DNA from: Ophelia neglecta
Lineage: Eukaryota
Reading direction: 5' to 3'
Length of the DNA stretch: 64,000 bases
NCBI GenBank assembly: GCA_965285935.1
Contig: OZ260665.1
Location: 14,384,001-14,448,000, forward strand
A model generated the notes under the pieces. That model made no database searches and was not told the DNA's origin. It was given only the letters and a program-made list of their open reading frames with translations. This document shows, one piece after another, positions 29,301 to 44,300 of the stretch (position 1 is its first letter; each line of letters starts with the position of its first letter). Position numbers and translations under genes: made by a program.

Positions 29301-32300
29301 GAGTATCATCAGCATAAAAATGGTATGGGATCTGGTAATATCCCATGAGATCCCCCAATGGCAGTGTATAGACTGAGAACAAAAGCGGCCCTAGTACGCT
29401 CCCCTGGGGCACGCCACGAGCTAGAAGCTTCGACTCAGAACAAGTGGAGCCAATGCTCACGCACTGGGATCTATCAGAAATATATAAACTGAACCAAGCA
29501 AGGGCACTGCCTTGGACACCGATGCGACTCTCTAGCCGCTCTAATAAGACTGCATGGTCAACGGTGTCAAAGGCACAAGATAAATCAAGAAGAACCAACA
29601 GTACACATTTCTGTTGGTCTAGAGCCATCATCACATCGTTGTGAACCCGCACCAGGGATGTTTCAACGCTGTGGAATTTCTTGTAAGCGGATTGAAACAA
29701 CTCATCTAATTCCATTAGTTATCTCAGGGTTTGCTAACTCTTGTGGACAGGTACAGACAAACTATGTCCACAACTTGACCAATGTATATCCGACAATTTT
29801 TAATCTAGTTATTTTTGCTTTTGTTTCCTTTTTATTTATTTTTTTCTCAAATTTGTTGGGGGTGGGGTGGGCTCCTACCACTTACGGCTTCGTCCTGGCT
29901 CAAATATATGCTATGCATTTTCATGCAGCCGGGGTATTTTTTACCTCGTGATACCCTATATTATTTCTTTTATTATCATGTGCTTGTAATTGAATATCTG
30001 TGGATGGTTTGTGCAACCATGTATGACTGTATGTATTTCTTGTTTATGACGTCTTCTACTGTGGCCATTGAGCACATGCTCATGCATGAAAAACTCTTTT
30101 TTTTCGCATTGTATTATACCTGTCCATTTATATGATTCATTAATAATGATCATATGTTGTATCTTTTGTATCATATATTGGATGTATCAGCTGGTTTAGA
30201 ATTTATATTTCTGTAAATATGTATTATTGAAGCCAAATAAATGAAATTACTTACTTACTTACTTTATGATTAAATAACCCCATATCTATTATGAGTTGTA
30301 AGCTATTCAATGGATATATAAGCAGCGGTATTAAATAAGGCTTGATACCACGTTCCAGCCTGCTCGACACACTAGGTTTAACAGGTTTCAGCGGGTGAAA
30401 GTTCCTCTTGCATGGTGTCCATTTTCCCCGTATGTAATGGGCTGCGGGTCACGTATTATTAAATTTATTCCTGTTTGCCCTCTCCTTAAGTAGTTCCTCA
30501 TGGACGCGAAATACAGCAATTCGCAAGCATGACAACCAATGTAAAACTTGCCACCCATATATTCGGCCCAATATTGGATATTTTTAATTTTAAATAATCT
30601 GTACAAACAGATCATATACGTAATTAGAGCAGCAGGTGGTTTCAGCAGATATAACCCTGCAAAGAGCGGGCGATAAAAGTGACGTGATGCCTCGAGCTGT
30701 TGTGTTTTCTACACCGGAATAGCATGTAAAGTAAGTAGTTATTGGTATCTTATATGCATATCGGTATCTTAATGAAAAGAAGAAACCATCCGCTGTACTT
30801 ACCCCGGTAGTTTTCGACACCTGTGAGTATTCTATCCGCAGCTGCGTAGGTAGAAAACCATCAAATTTCATTCCGTAGTCTTTTGATTTAGTGACATTGA
30901 CACCATACATGATAGGAGGACGACCCGTGACTGTGACGCCCTCTGTTGGCGCCACAATATGTGTCCATCTCAATTCACTCCTCAAACTCATATACTCAGC
31001 TATAGCAAAATACGTGGTCGTAAATAAATTAAACAATGCATCATGAGAAAGTATTTATCTGTTTGACCGTGCAACGATACCTTACGATTAAACAATAAGT
31101 TGGCTTATGATACAATCGTGTTCAAGTGGATTGGCGTAAATAAAATGTAACTAAACATAAAAACTATAACATTAAGTGTATTTGCCTGAAGGTGAAGAGC
31201 AACCAGTCGGATCACAGTTGACAGTAGCCTGACTGTAGCAATTCCTCCTCTGTGACCAGGAGCAAGTTTGTTGACGCAAATCCCAACCGAAACATCCACC
31301 TTCTTCGAGCCGATCGCCTGGTCCAAGCTTCCGGTAAAGTGATGACTGGCTGGAAATGGCGACCAATGTCACAATATAATATATCACGATATCGTGATAG
31401 CGCCAGGTAGAAATGGAGTATCCTTGGTAACATATAAGCATTCCACAATTATTCCAAAGCCGAAAAATAGATGTACACTTTGCTGGAATGATTTGGTAAC
31501 GCAGCGTAAAGAGGTCTCATAATCGACACAGGAATAGAGAGGATTAATATTGGTAGCAATTGCAAGAGAGCATTCTAATGAATGTATTATTATATGGCTT
31601 ACGGGTTCACACTGTTCCAGTCTATTGCCTTAGTGTAACCAAGCTGCTCGCACACCTGGTCCGCCATCGCTTGATTCCAATAACTATTACACACCGGAAG
31701 AAACTTGCCTGAGGGTCTGTCCCCAGTGCTGGAAACCATACGCCACACTTCTAACCGACCCGCGCTGCATGTGTTACTACCCGACAAACGGTACATTCCT
31801 GATAAGTAAAAAATGAGCAGATATTCGCCTATATTAATAAGTTATGAAAGTATTAGAAACGTGCACAAAATGTTTAGAGTTACTAAGACCGCACCATCCC
31901 AAAAGGGAAATTTCTAATTACTATCTAAACAGAAACAAACGGTCAGAGAATCATAGATCCATCTATAAAATGCTGATCCCCATCAATGAACTAGTATACG
32001 AAATTACCTGTCTGTGCCTCCTGAATCCTAACGCCTTTCCAGCTGCCCCCTTCTGCCGCCTTCAATATCACTGGGCTAGAACCTTCTCCCAGGCTCTTTA
32101 AACGGCCTAGATCGAATTAAAAAAAAACATAAACCCTACTAATGTTTATATTTATATGGGCTTTAATTTTGGGAAATATGTGGCTGTTTTTATCAGTCAA
32201 TATGTTGGTCTGTGCAATATAAAACGCTATTTGTAAGCCTAATCCGACGCTCGGCCCCGAACATTTACCCACAGGTTCATCATTGCTTTGTCACCGATCA

Positions 32301-35300
32301 TGGAAAACTTGACTTGTTTTCGTTTAGATGAATAGGACCTGATGTTTCTATTTTTATTCACATTAGATGTTTTATTCACTGGAGCAGGGGTTTATTGTAC
32401 GTAGTCATGTGGCTGCCAGCTAAAGAAAATTTAGGCCCAATTTATCAGATTATTTTGTATTAAAGATTTTGGCTTTTCTGTCGTGTGTCGACTCCCGTTT
32501 TGTTTTAGAGTGCTATCGTAGTGATATAAATCGATTTGACAGCTCGTGACATCATAAAAAATATTTCGTAACCGTCAGTAATCTAAAAAATTAACAGAAA
32601 TTTATAGACCTCATTTACTCAATTCTATACAATGACATTTAATTAAGGGCTTAAAGACCTGTCGTACCCACGTTTTTTCGTCTAACGAAAACTACAGGCT
32701 TTAAGTAAACGAAGAATCATCACCTTAATACTGTTGATAGTTAATTAGTTAAACGCACATACATGACAAACGTGCCATGAAATACCTCTCATACCTCTCA
32801 CAAATAAGGATCCAAGTGAAAAGTGTAATTCAACCCCCGCCTCTAGTGTAAACGTTCGTCCAGGTGGTACTTCAATATCCTTGACCACTTCGTAAGGATG
32901 CCCTGTAAAATAATAGTCAAAACATAAGTCCATATAACGAGAGGTCTTTAAGCAATTGTTGAATAACGTAAAATTCATGCTAGCTCCGTGTTCTTGAATT
33001 TATTTTATCAATATATCAGACATTTATATGCTTAATTACCAATATTTCTTAGCGTTATGTCTTCCTGTAGTATACCACCAATCTTTACATCGGACAGGAA
33101 AAACTGGTGTACACTGCTGTTCATGAAAATGGTTCTGTCCCTAGATGTCAGATAGGGTTCAAATTCCACCTCCACCAGTTTTGAATCTCGACTATGATCC
33201 TTAATAAACCAAAATATGTTCTTCTTAACAATTGGACATTGTTTATAACACTAGCTGAAAAATATGTCTATGAATTGTAATGTGTAGAATTGTGGGTTTT
33301 GAAGGCAGAGGAGAAGACATGTTATTAAGTAAAGAAACTATCATACGATGTAGGCTGTGTGTATGTGTGCGTTTTTGTGTTTAGGGGGGGGGGGGGTGTC
33401 AATGTTCTACTGTTTTAAAAAGATACTCTGCTTGTCGCTTTGCCCCAGAAAGGCTCCATAAATTAAAAGGCTTACATAGATTCTTTTGATGACGTCACTG
33501 TAGGAAGCAGACCCCCACCAATTGCGTAGAGCCTGAATAGTCCGACCGGTCGAGATAGGACTACTGACTCTAAGGTCATAGGTCGCTAAGGGGTTGTCAA
33601 AATAGTTTCCGCTGGCAGTGACAAACACACTTTCGATAAACAAAACTGAATCTCCTCTATTATCCGCGAATGTGTTGTTCGTTACATTGACTTCTGACTT
33701 ATAGGAATTTTCCAAATGGAAGCAATAATGACTGTTGTTCCTGGGAATAAATGAAATAGGGTAAACTTATTCGTGTTTTTTGTCAGGAAATACTTATGGT
33801 CAATTAACCTGTAATAGATCTACGAATTAAGAAGTTGAATGCCATGCCGTTTAGATGTGCTGAATCTATCACGTCAATTGTGTTTACTAAAACGAAACAC
33901 ACTGCGACGAACTATCCAAACATGTAATACCTAAATGTGTTGCTAACCAGTGATACATTGCTCTTTTGGCCCAATCGGAGGTAGAAGGCTGTGTGGGAAA
34001 ACTGGAAAACATTACTGGACACATCAAGAGTTCCACGAAAACTATAGACACGAACGCATGTGGTGCCATGCGAACGACACTCCAAAGTGTTACCGTGCAA
34101 GACAACAGTCACTGGCCTGAAAATACACATTGTCTGGAAGCAATACGTGTAATCACATGCAAAATAGGAAAGCGACTTCTATTCAACAATTTCAAAACAA
34201 CTTCTTACCAAAGTATATAGTGGCACATTAAATCCAACACACACATACATGTGCATTAATTTGCAAGATACCAAATTACACACACTTTCACTACTTTAGG
34301 CACATCAGTCAAATGCAGTTATACATAAACTAAACGACTTTAGTTTTTTTCGAAATCAAATTTTGGAAGGGCATGCCAGAAGCAATATGTTCTGCACAAT
34401 ACGATATGTTCGTTTCCAAATAAGACATGTGCAAAATACCGGTAAATGATATATATTATTGTAAATCGACGTCATAGTGTTTTGATAATGTGTTTGTAAA
34501 TATTTTTTGCTACATTCTCCCTTACAGCACTTGTACCTAATAATATAAACAGGTCCGCATGCATTTAGAAATACCTTATAAACGGGTCGGTGAATATATT
34601 TTCCTCTGATACATAGTATGTCTATTGGGTCATGCAGTTCTAACCCGCGCAATATTCAACAATTATTAAGGTGCCCGATACAAATGACAGAATTTTTATA
34701 ATAAGCTCGTTAAATAATTTTTTTTTACACTTACCTAAAATAATATGCGTTTATGTCAATAGCACGAGAATATCGGTTTCTGGCATTGCGTAACATGAAT
34801 TCATTGTCAGTCATTTCAATTTCGGGAGAGCCTGTCAAGCTGCGAATGTCCATTCTTACGATTGAACCCCTCTGTCCGTCATATATAAAACGGTTGCTCC
34901 TCATTATGAAAGTCTGTAAATATGAATGGTCTTCATTTGCTATCAATAGCTCTGTTATAAGTGTGTCTAATTTAACGGAAAAACGTATAAAGGCATAAAC
35001 ATAGAGGTTATTATTTTTATGTCCATATGTGTTGCTCGTCTTCTAAACAACGTCCTAAATCATATAGTGTGTGACTTATATTCTTATCCCCGGCAACAAA
35101 TAGATTGATTTCCACCATTCAACTTACTGTGTTTTCGCCCGATGTTGTTAGCGCAAACTCCATCAGATTATCCCACCCGTCTGCACTCTGCACTGTATTG
35201 TTGAATAGGTCCACGTGACCTTTTTGAAAAGACATCATGATACCAACTCTGGACGCTCCGGTGTTGCTCAGTGTGGAATGACGCATGGACACGTTAGCTG

Positions 35301-38300
35301 CCAGTGATTTAGAGTCTATGTATATTTGGTTGACTTCATTGTTACTGATGTCAACTTCATCGAGATCCAGATTAAACATGTGTTCATCTGTACCGCTACC
35401 ATAAACCTGATCGAAATACGAAGGACTTGCAAAAGTATCCTTACAAATGAAATATTCACTATGGTTATGTGCATATTGACAATCAGTATATTAGGATATA
35501 CATATAATATTAGTTACTTAAAGTGTAGTTGGAAACTTAATCTTTTCAATGTTGTATCGTCTAGAACGACATGACAGAATGTTTAATCTTAGAACACTAG
35601 ATACATGTCCTTGCGTTTTGACCAACCTCTTTAAAAATATAAACTTCAAGCTTTAATCATAATAATGAAACACTTAAGTCAAGACTCAATCATTCATTGT
35701 TTCAATTGATAAAATAAACCCAAAGATATTCCATGATTATATTTTTGATTTAATGGACCTTTTTTTATCAATAGTTTTGCTTTGCCAATTTGTGTTTACG
35801 CCATATTAACAAATAATAAAACGTGAGTCGCTTACAGTAATTCCTCTGCTCTGACAACCTTTGATAGTAGAGTTGACAATTTTCAGACTGCTTTTGTCAT
35901 TAGCGGAGTGATAAATACCATTTTCACATTTCTCGATCAAGGTAGAGTTTAGCTCTATACTACTTTTGATCAGTCGTACACAGGCGCTAGCCCCGCCAAT
36001 ATATGCTCCATGTATGGTTTGTCCTGAGAAATGTTTAAATGAATGTCAAATTTGAGCAGGCAAATAAGCCGATTCTTCGATTATTTAAACATTGCTTGTT
36101 TTACGAGTAATAAACACGTATGGTATGTATACATTTAGAACGCAACTGACCGATTATAGCTTAATATGTTTTCAACCGTGTTCGGAATAAACACAGAGGA
36201 ACAAAATAAAAAAACATTTGGTAATTACACTACTTTCATTTTATGTTTTTTACCTGAACGTCCGCCTCTACCACAACCAAAAGTCGCGATAAACACCTTT
36301 CATATTATACTACTATGCATACCTGACGTATTGTAGTATATCAAGCCTCCCCACATTCCATCGCCGTCCGGTTGAAGAACCACGTTTTTCGCCAATAAAA
36401 GTACACCTTGATTGAGAAGGCACAGATAGATACAGACAAAGAAACATGTAGGTAGGTAAGTCTTATAGTTTCTTTTGTACTCGCTCGTTTATCTACATAA
36501 TATGAAAATGTTTATAAACAGGCCGGTAAAAACATTTGATGCAAAATCACTTAACTAGACATTGAAAGCTTACAAACGATATCAATAGTTACCTTCCACT
36601 AATATTCCAGTCGATAGTGTAAAGTAAAGCACACTCCCCTCTCCAACTGACAAAGTCATACCATACGGTATATGTATCGATGATAATACTCTCAGTTTAG
36701 ATCCAGAGGCTATTGTAACATCTGTTGTCAGTTTGCCTCCAATGCCATCCTCCATTCCGGCGTAGTAACGCTCCAGGGAAAGGTTCCCTTCTTTGAAGGC
36801 GGTCATCCTAGACGATTGAATAGGGCTTATCATCGCTGGGACCCTTCTAACATTACGGTAAAAATCCGACAACTGCAAACGAGGATATTAATTTATCATT
36901 CAATTTGTGATATAATTTGCATAATGTCAGTTTGTCAAAAATTCATTGATTATGTAACAAAAGTACCATGATTGAGTGTGGAATAGGAACTCCTGTAACG
37001 ACAAATATTGAAATTACAGTGAAACCTGTGAATTAAGACCACCCAATGGACTGGACAATGGTGGTCTGATTTTGGAGGTGGTCTGTTTAGACAGGTTATT
37101 TAACATTGAACGTATACATCATGGTCCTCATATTTGTGGTCTGGATTGACAGGTGGTCTGATAAAAGAAGTGGTCTTTAAGGCAGGTTTCAATGTACTAT
37201 CTGTTTCATATTGTTCCTACAGCAAGGTGTATCGGTGTATATAGGTAAATAAGTATTACCTTGTAAGTGATGTCGGTGAGGTCCACTGTACCCCACCAAT
37301 TGTGGCGGGCATCAACATGTGTCCCAGGCTCCCATGTGGCATCTATTGACAACTCTATTACGTCAGGGTTTTCAAATATATTGTGGGTAACTATTACTCT
37401 GCAAAAAAAAGAAATCGATGCTTACTGCATAAAAACAGCGAAACCTGTTTGATGCTAACTGCTTTACAAAATTTATAAATATTTCGCATAGCGACACTGT
37501 TAACACTGTCGCATATTCCTGATTCAACAATACATTATTACACTTATTCAATATTCAGCATATAAGATAGGACATCGATTAACAAAGTTTATGGATTATA
37601 TATAGGTCAAACTGTGGACGTTTCTTTAAACAGGATGAACTTGAAAAAATAACACAATTTTTTTACATAAATGAGGCACATAGAAAATGCTAAGAATATG
37701 AATAAAATGGCTGTAATATATCTTACCCATTCTTATTGACGTTAGACAGATCAAGAGAGATGGTATTTGTGGCAGTATTGGTTGAAAATATATTCTTTGT
37801 TATTGCAACATAATTGTCATCTCCTGACGTTGTGACACTGATCACCGAATCTTCCGTGTTATCGCTGAAGGTGTTGTTTTCAATAAAGACCTGTGGATAA
37901 TGTAACCGGTACAACGGATGAGTGGTTATCGGGATGAAACCAGTATATTATTATCTGGAAAACTACAACTTGCGAGCTTGGTCCCGTATCAATTTAAACG
38001 TATATAACACATATGTACGATAACTGAGCGATAAGAAGTATATGTTCAATGGTGTTGCTTTCTTTTATAAATTAACTTCTCGTAGGAGTTCGCGGACAAA
38101 CGGTTCTACCTAAAATGTTATTCAATGCGTAATATTGTTACAGACCATGTATACTTCTCCATTTGTTACATATTGCTGGTCAATAATTTGTTCAGATCCT
38201 TGCAGTGTATTGTTTGACAAAAATAGACATGTACTTGCCATAGCCACCCATTAGATAGTATTGTGAATGTTTCAATGACATCACTTGCAATTACCTGCAT

Positions 38301-41300
38301 TGGGTTGAGTTGAACATAGGATTTAGCAATGGTGAATGCGTCCTTGTTCTTATGGAATTGACTTCGTCTTACAGTTAGGTTTCCCTTACAGCCTTGTCCA
38401 TATTTCTGCATCATAAATCCTCGTCTATTGTGACCAGACAACGTCACATTTTCCAACAAGACATTCATGTCTTGGCGATAGAAGTAAAATACAAATTAAA
38501 CGTGAGAGACAAGAACAGATGCCTGTGGTCCGTATCATTAATAACATTAATAGCAATACTAGTAGAAACATGAGCGCACATAAATATTAAGCATGCATAT
38601 CTGTTAAATTGGCATTTCCAAAATATTAAGGTTTACTGTTTACCTATGGTGCAATCGACGCTCATCCCCAAATTATTATTTTCCAAAACCGTGTCCTTAA
38701 CTTCCACTGTCATATTTGCAGCGTATCTAGCTCCAAGGATAATCGTAAAATAATTGCCACTATTTTCTGTCAGTCTGTTGTTATATATGCTGACTTTTGA
38801 TGACGTGCGAGCCTTATCTTTGGAATGAACCTCGATGGATTTTGCATGGTTATGATTGAATTCACAATTATTTAGCACAAGGTCAGTGTTTCGAGGATAA
38901 ACCTGTAGTCCAGCCGATGTTGTTGCATTCACCACCACATCTGTTAGGGCCACATTCAGTCTGCCACCTTCGGTGTCCCGATCTAGGAAAATGCCCACGG
39001 AGGTGCCATTGAACGTACTCTTCGAGATGCTGAGATTACTCTCAAGATTCGACCAGACGGACCGTTGAGAATTCCCGCGAAATATGCTGTTCCCAATAGA
39101 AACTGTGCCGCCTGATGAAGTTGGTTTCACCTAGGATTCAAATTGAATGCTAACTGAGGTCAAACTGACGATATTTCTTGGTTTAACTTAATATTTACTA
39201 TTAACAGCGTATTATTACTTTGAAGTAATTTCAACAATACTCATAGAACTGTATGACTATACGGGGCTTGTCCCAGTTTGATAAATAACAATTCTCGAAT
39301 GGTATGATCTCATTGGTCATGAATTTGTGAGAACAGTGTGCAGCGCTATGCGCAGATTTTATCTGTACATTATCGTGGTTTGACAGTATGCACAGGAATT
39401 ACCTGAACTCCGTTTTGGTTGTAGATGAACTTTGCCCCGTGTATGTTCAAGGTGTCGACTTTTACCGTTACGGCGTTCAACGCACCCTCGACTTTCACAC
39501 CGGACAAGGTCACGTTGGTACAGGCTGCAAAACGATGTCAATCAAATTCAAATAGTATTACAGTTCGTTCTTTTGTAAATGTAAAAAAAAAATTAGTTAC
39601 GGACATATCCTCTGCGGATAAAAACCGCAGGCATCACGTTGCCCCTCACCTACTTGTATCTTGAGGAAATACGTCACCCAAAAAAAAAGCGTTAAAGAAT
39701 ACGCATTCTTTAACAGACAAAGCTAGCAGTAGCAACAAAATAAATTAAATAACATATATCTTTTTGATATTTGTAAAACACTCAGCATAAGGTTATTCAT
39801 AAAATACATGATATAAATTCAATAGAATATACTTTCCCATTACCAAATACTGATAGCTTCAAATAAAGTCAATTGATTTAATGTTCATTTATTTTATACT
39901 AAAAGTAAACGTACTTGATTTGCATTCATGCATTAAATCTAATATACTGTCCTGTTTTCGACACGTCGTTAATTTGACTATCTTAAGTAATCTTATTTTC
40001 TAATACACGACAAACCTGAACTTACACAACAATTGGATGTCAATTCCCTGCCAGCTGCCAACTCCATTAATGGTAGCTTTTAGATACCCAGGTTTGAAAA
40101 CGGTCATCAGGTCTGGCGTTCCCCGAGTATGTATACAACCTCCTGAAAGCATTGTACAAAAGTGTCAGACGGTATTTTGAAATATTCGACACAAAACTAA
40201 ATTGCACACCTGTACAATTATGCCAGTCCGTAGGGCTTTACAACCTCAAGATGTAACATGTAACATGCTACTGCACCCAGCCAAACAAAAATGGCGCAAT
40301 AATATAATGTAGAAGCTAACCCTTTACGGTAATGCCTGCTTCCTTGTTGGTGAACAGGACCTTGACCCCAGCGTCTATGGTCAGATCGCCACCGGCACCC
40401 AGAAGTATGCTTTTTGATATGACGTAAGGGCTAGCACTTAAATGCCATAATTCTTTGCTCTAAAAAAAAAGTTGTCGGAATTTATAATCATTACTTTTAC
40501 GCTGCTATTTGTAAATTGTGTATACAAATACAATACCCTTTCGGTAAATAATTTCTTAACCACGTATATTTTTGGTCCTTATGACAATGCGATTTATGAT
40601 TGGAGGCGAGGTACTTGACTAACAGTGATGTCCTGGTCTACCATGGTGGGAACAGTTGTTTCGTAGGTCGTACATCCATAAAGATCCAGTTTGACAGCTA
40701 TCCCCCTGTAATATGATCGTGGCAGCAAAGCCACGTAACGAGCCTGCGGAATAAAGAACAGACCTTGATTTGATATATTTGATTGTAGCCAGTTTTATAC
40801 CAGAACGCCTCAGAAGTTTAGACAACATATAAGATAAACTAATAAAAAACACACTCGCCACTAAAGCTGTTTGAATAGACTGTAATCATAACCAGTTGCT
40901 AAATTTAAGATATATTAACAACAGGAAAATTTAATAACAAAGCATATTACTGTAATAGATATAACGCATTGAAGTATACCACCATGCCATTTCATTGTGT
41001 CAACTTGGGTAAATATTACAATACTAAAAACGTGAGATTTGCCATTACTTTCGAAGAGCCATGTCATCCACCAAGTTCTACTGAAACGAATCTATTATAT
41101 TCAACTTCAACCGTTTACTTCTAAACGGAAACGCGAATAGGTCAAACATATTTTAAAGTCTGTTGTCATCAATGTGAATCCGATTTCCTCAATTTAAAAT
41201 TGACAAATTGTTGAACAAAATCAACACCTGCACCATAAAATAACAATATTCAAATTACTAGCCTTTATCGGTTTAGATAGCATGTTCGTTCGGGTGTGCA

Positions 41301-44300
41301 CTGGGTTGGAATTTCCGAGGAAATCCACAGGGACATCATTTTCCTGGTATAACGACCAATCCCATTGGTCAATGCTATAAGCTAATCTATATTGTGACAC
41401 CCAAGATCCATATGGCACAATTGCATCTGATCCTCTCGTCACCAGTCCTGTTACCATCGTTACATTTCTTAAGTCAATTCGCAACCATTGTTTAGAAAAT
41501 GATTTAGGTATCCATGCCTCTTCTCCTGTGAAGGTGGGATATAGAGGAACATAATTTGATTAGTAGTATAATATTTCATTGGGTTGTTTGGGTATTTGTA
41601 CCGTATGGGAAGTACTCGAACATGTTAGATGTTAGAACTGTTCTCACGATTACTTTAGATCAATTACATAAATCAGAAAAGTTAAACTTTACGTTAGAAG
41701 TAGCGGATATTATAGGTGACTAGCTATTACTGTCAGACGACATTCGAACCATTTTCAATCTAATGCTTCAAGATGTAAGACAGACGAAAACACATTCAAC
41801 GAAAACAGAGGTGTGTGTTAATGCTCGTACCGAATAGAGATATGTTCTGGGGTGAGCTGTCTTCGGATGAGGAGGAGAAATGGTCGGCCGGAAGATCGGC
41901 TACCCTGAGAGAGTTCACACAATCTATTTCCTCTGGAAGGGAATAATGGAACACATTCGGACGTATGCAAACGAAATTACCAAAGACCGACAAAGAGCTT
42001 CGGCATAGATGCCAAAGAACTTTAGCATAGACGGGCATATCTAGGTTATTTAGGAAATATTTTAACTCCGTATAAAAGCCACCTTAAAATCTTACTGCCA
42101 TGATAAAAGTAGTTCTGTTAGCTATAAGCAGATAGGGACCTACCTGGAAGGCTTTGGCAGATGAAGCCTTTTTTCTGTTTACACGGTCTACTCATCATCC
42201 TCATGTGATCATTTGTGGCTGGTGCGGTATGGTAGTAGTAATTGTCGATTTCTATACACTGCTCACCTAGATTCATTTGAATAGTTGACGTAACCCTTTT
42301 TTACGAAGATAATTTGGAACTTGCTGGTTACACATGGTTCAGCGAATGAAAAGATACAATAGAGACATTGGCCGCAGGTAGCCACTATTATTTATTGCCG
42401 CTCACGACAAGTTCTGCTCAAATTTAAAGTAAACACAAATGTTTGACTACTCTCTCTACAGTATATAATTATGTCGGCTTAATTAACATACCCGTTGATA
42501 TGATGTCTGAGTTGGGACTACAAGCATAACCTGATATAGTACGACACGATATGATCAGGTAAGATCAGTGCTCACACATTCATATGCACATTCAAACATA
42601 CGCGTTTGAATATAATTCATTGAATGGCTAAGATGTCTAGTCAGAATTTATAAAGTCAGCTCAGAATATTCTGCCATGAGTTGCTTAACAAGTCCTGGAT
42701 TTGTTCTTATACCTAGCCATTTGGGATCAAACCTAATCCTGGTCAATGGAAAGACAGATAATTTGGTCTCAGCTAATCGATCAAAGGCTCTCCTTAACTC
42801 TCAACGTAAGACCCCTTGCAGAAACCGGGCCCAACGTATTTACAAACTGGACATTTGGCAAAATATCATGATAAAAGTGCTAATCAAATAGCTCTACATT
42901 CCATAGGAATGTCTCTCCTTCTTACTTAGCGACAAATTGTCATGGTAAAAATTACGACTTACGAATATTTATAAACTACTTTCGAACATTTCATTTTACA
43001 GTATATTCGGTTTCTACACTTGCCTTTCGTTCAACACTGGCTTATTATGAACTAATGCTTTTTTTTTTATCCAATCCTACATGTTAATATAAATACATAT
43101 AATTATGATACTAACATATGAAATATTCCTACTTAAAAAATAAATTGTGTTTATGTGTCGTTAAACCCTAAAAATACAAATACTAATTCGTTCAACAAAA
43201 ATGTGTTTTATACCAATAAAGCTGCCTTTTTAACAACAAACTAAGGTATAAGCCTAGACAGATGTGAATAAAGATTTTCCCTACACTTGCTCATACCTAA
43301 GATATACATAACTTATACATCGGTCGTCATAAGCTGACCTTTGAAATGTTACCCTAGGTTGTGGCCCCATTAAATATCTGCTATCAGTATTATCACTGTA
43401 TCTAGCGTTTGCACAGTTCATCCTTCCATATTGCGTCGGACCGTTAATATAAACGTCGTTGTGGCTATTGTTCATTACCTGCTGTAATATTTTGACTCGG
43501 ATCTATCTCTGTTTGTGCTGGTTTGGAGGTGGTGCCACCTGTCCATACAGTTATCCGGTAATATCGGCCTACACCTCTCGCGCCTGAAAGAAAAGACAAA
43601 TAAGTCATGAGGTATATATTCACTTTGACTTCAAAGAAGATGGTTGGCTTAATACATAGCAGTTCCTAGATAATCTAATAATGCTGGGATCTGTGAAAAC
43701 AAGTTGTGGGTGGAACCAATCAACTTCTTTGAGTTAAAAATAGACCTCTTCAATAAGTAAACTGTTAGGCATATCGAGGGAATTCCGTACACAGCTGATC
43801 AAAACCAGTTGGCACAATAGAGTTTGAAACTCCATGTGTGTTTACGGTTGGCTGTATGCGGAAGAGGGCGGGGAAGGGTGGTGTGGGGTTGGGGTGGGGG
43901 GCGAGGCGCTTGTGATGAAGCGGACTAAAAAACCATATGACCCTCAAAAGTCAAGCCTTTCTACCTTTATCGATCCTACAATTTGATCGTTTAATCAATA
44001 GATTGTCACGTTCCAAGGCACTTCATAATAAACTATAACCAAAAAGAACACTTAAGAATAAAAAGAGGATTTCGTTGGCATAAATATGGTTGTTATAGTG
44101 ACAGCTATATTCATATATGCTTTATTTTACTAACAGTATGTTACTCGCGTGGTTAGGCCAAGAACAACATCACCTGGACATTAATTTGTTACAATCTGTA
44201 ATCGGGATTCAACGGAGAAAAACGGATAGCAAATTAAACTTATTATTCAACTGCTTGCTGCTTACTATTTACTGCTCCTATTAAACGGACATAACACGAG

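Noticed and set aside
30388-30802. ORF read-through and ORF 30388-30615 as a CUB-like exon
   Set aside because: A strong donor at 30802 joins in phase to 28253 giving a sensible beta-helix turn (SKTTG|VGFRFEF); no recognisable motif in the extra sequence.
43281-43475. ORF MNNSHNDVYINGPTQ... as an extra C-type lectin exon
   Set aside because: Out of frame with the preceding exon; the CTL domain completes cleanly by splicing 43479 to 42266.
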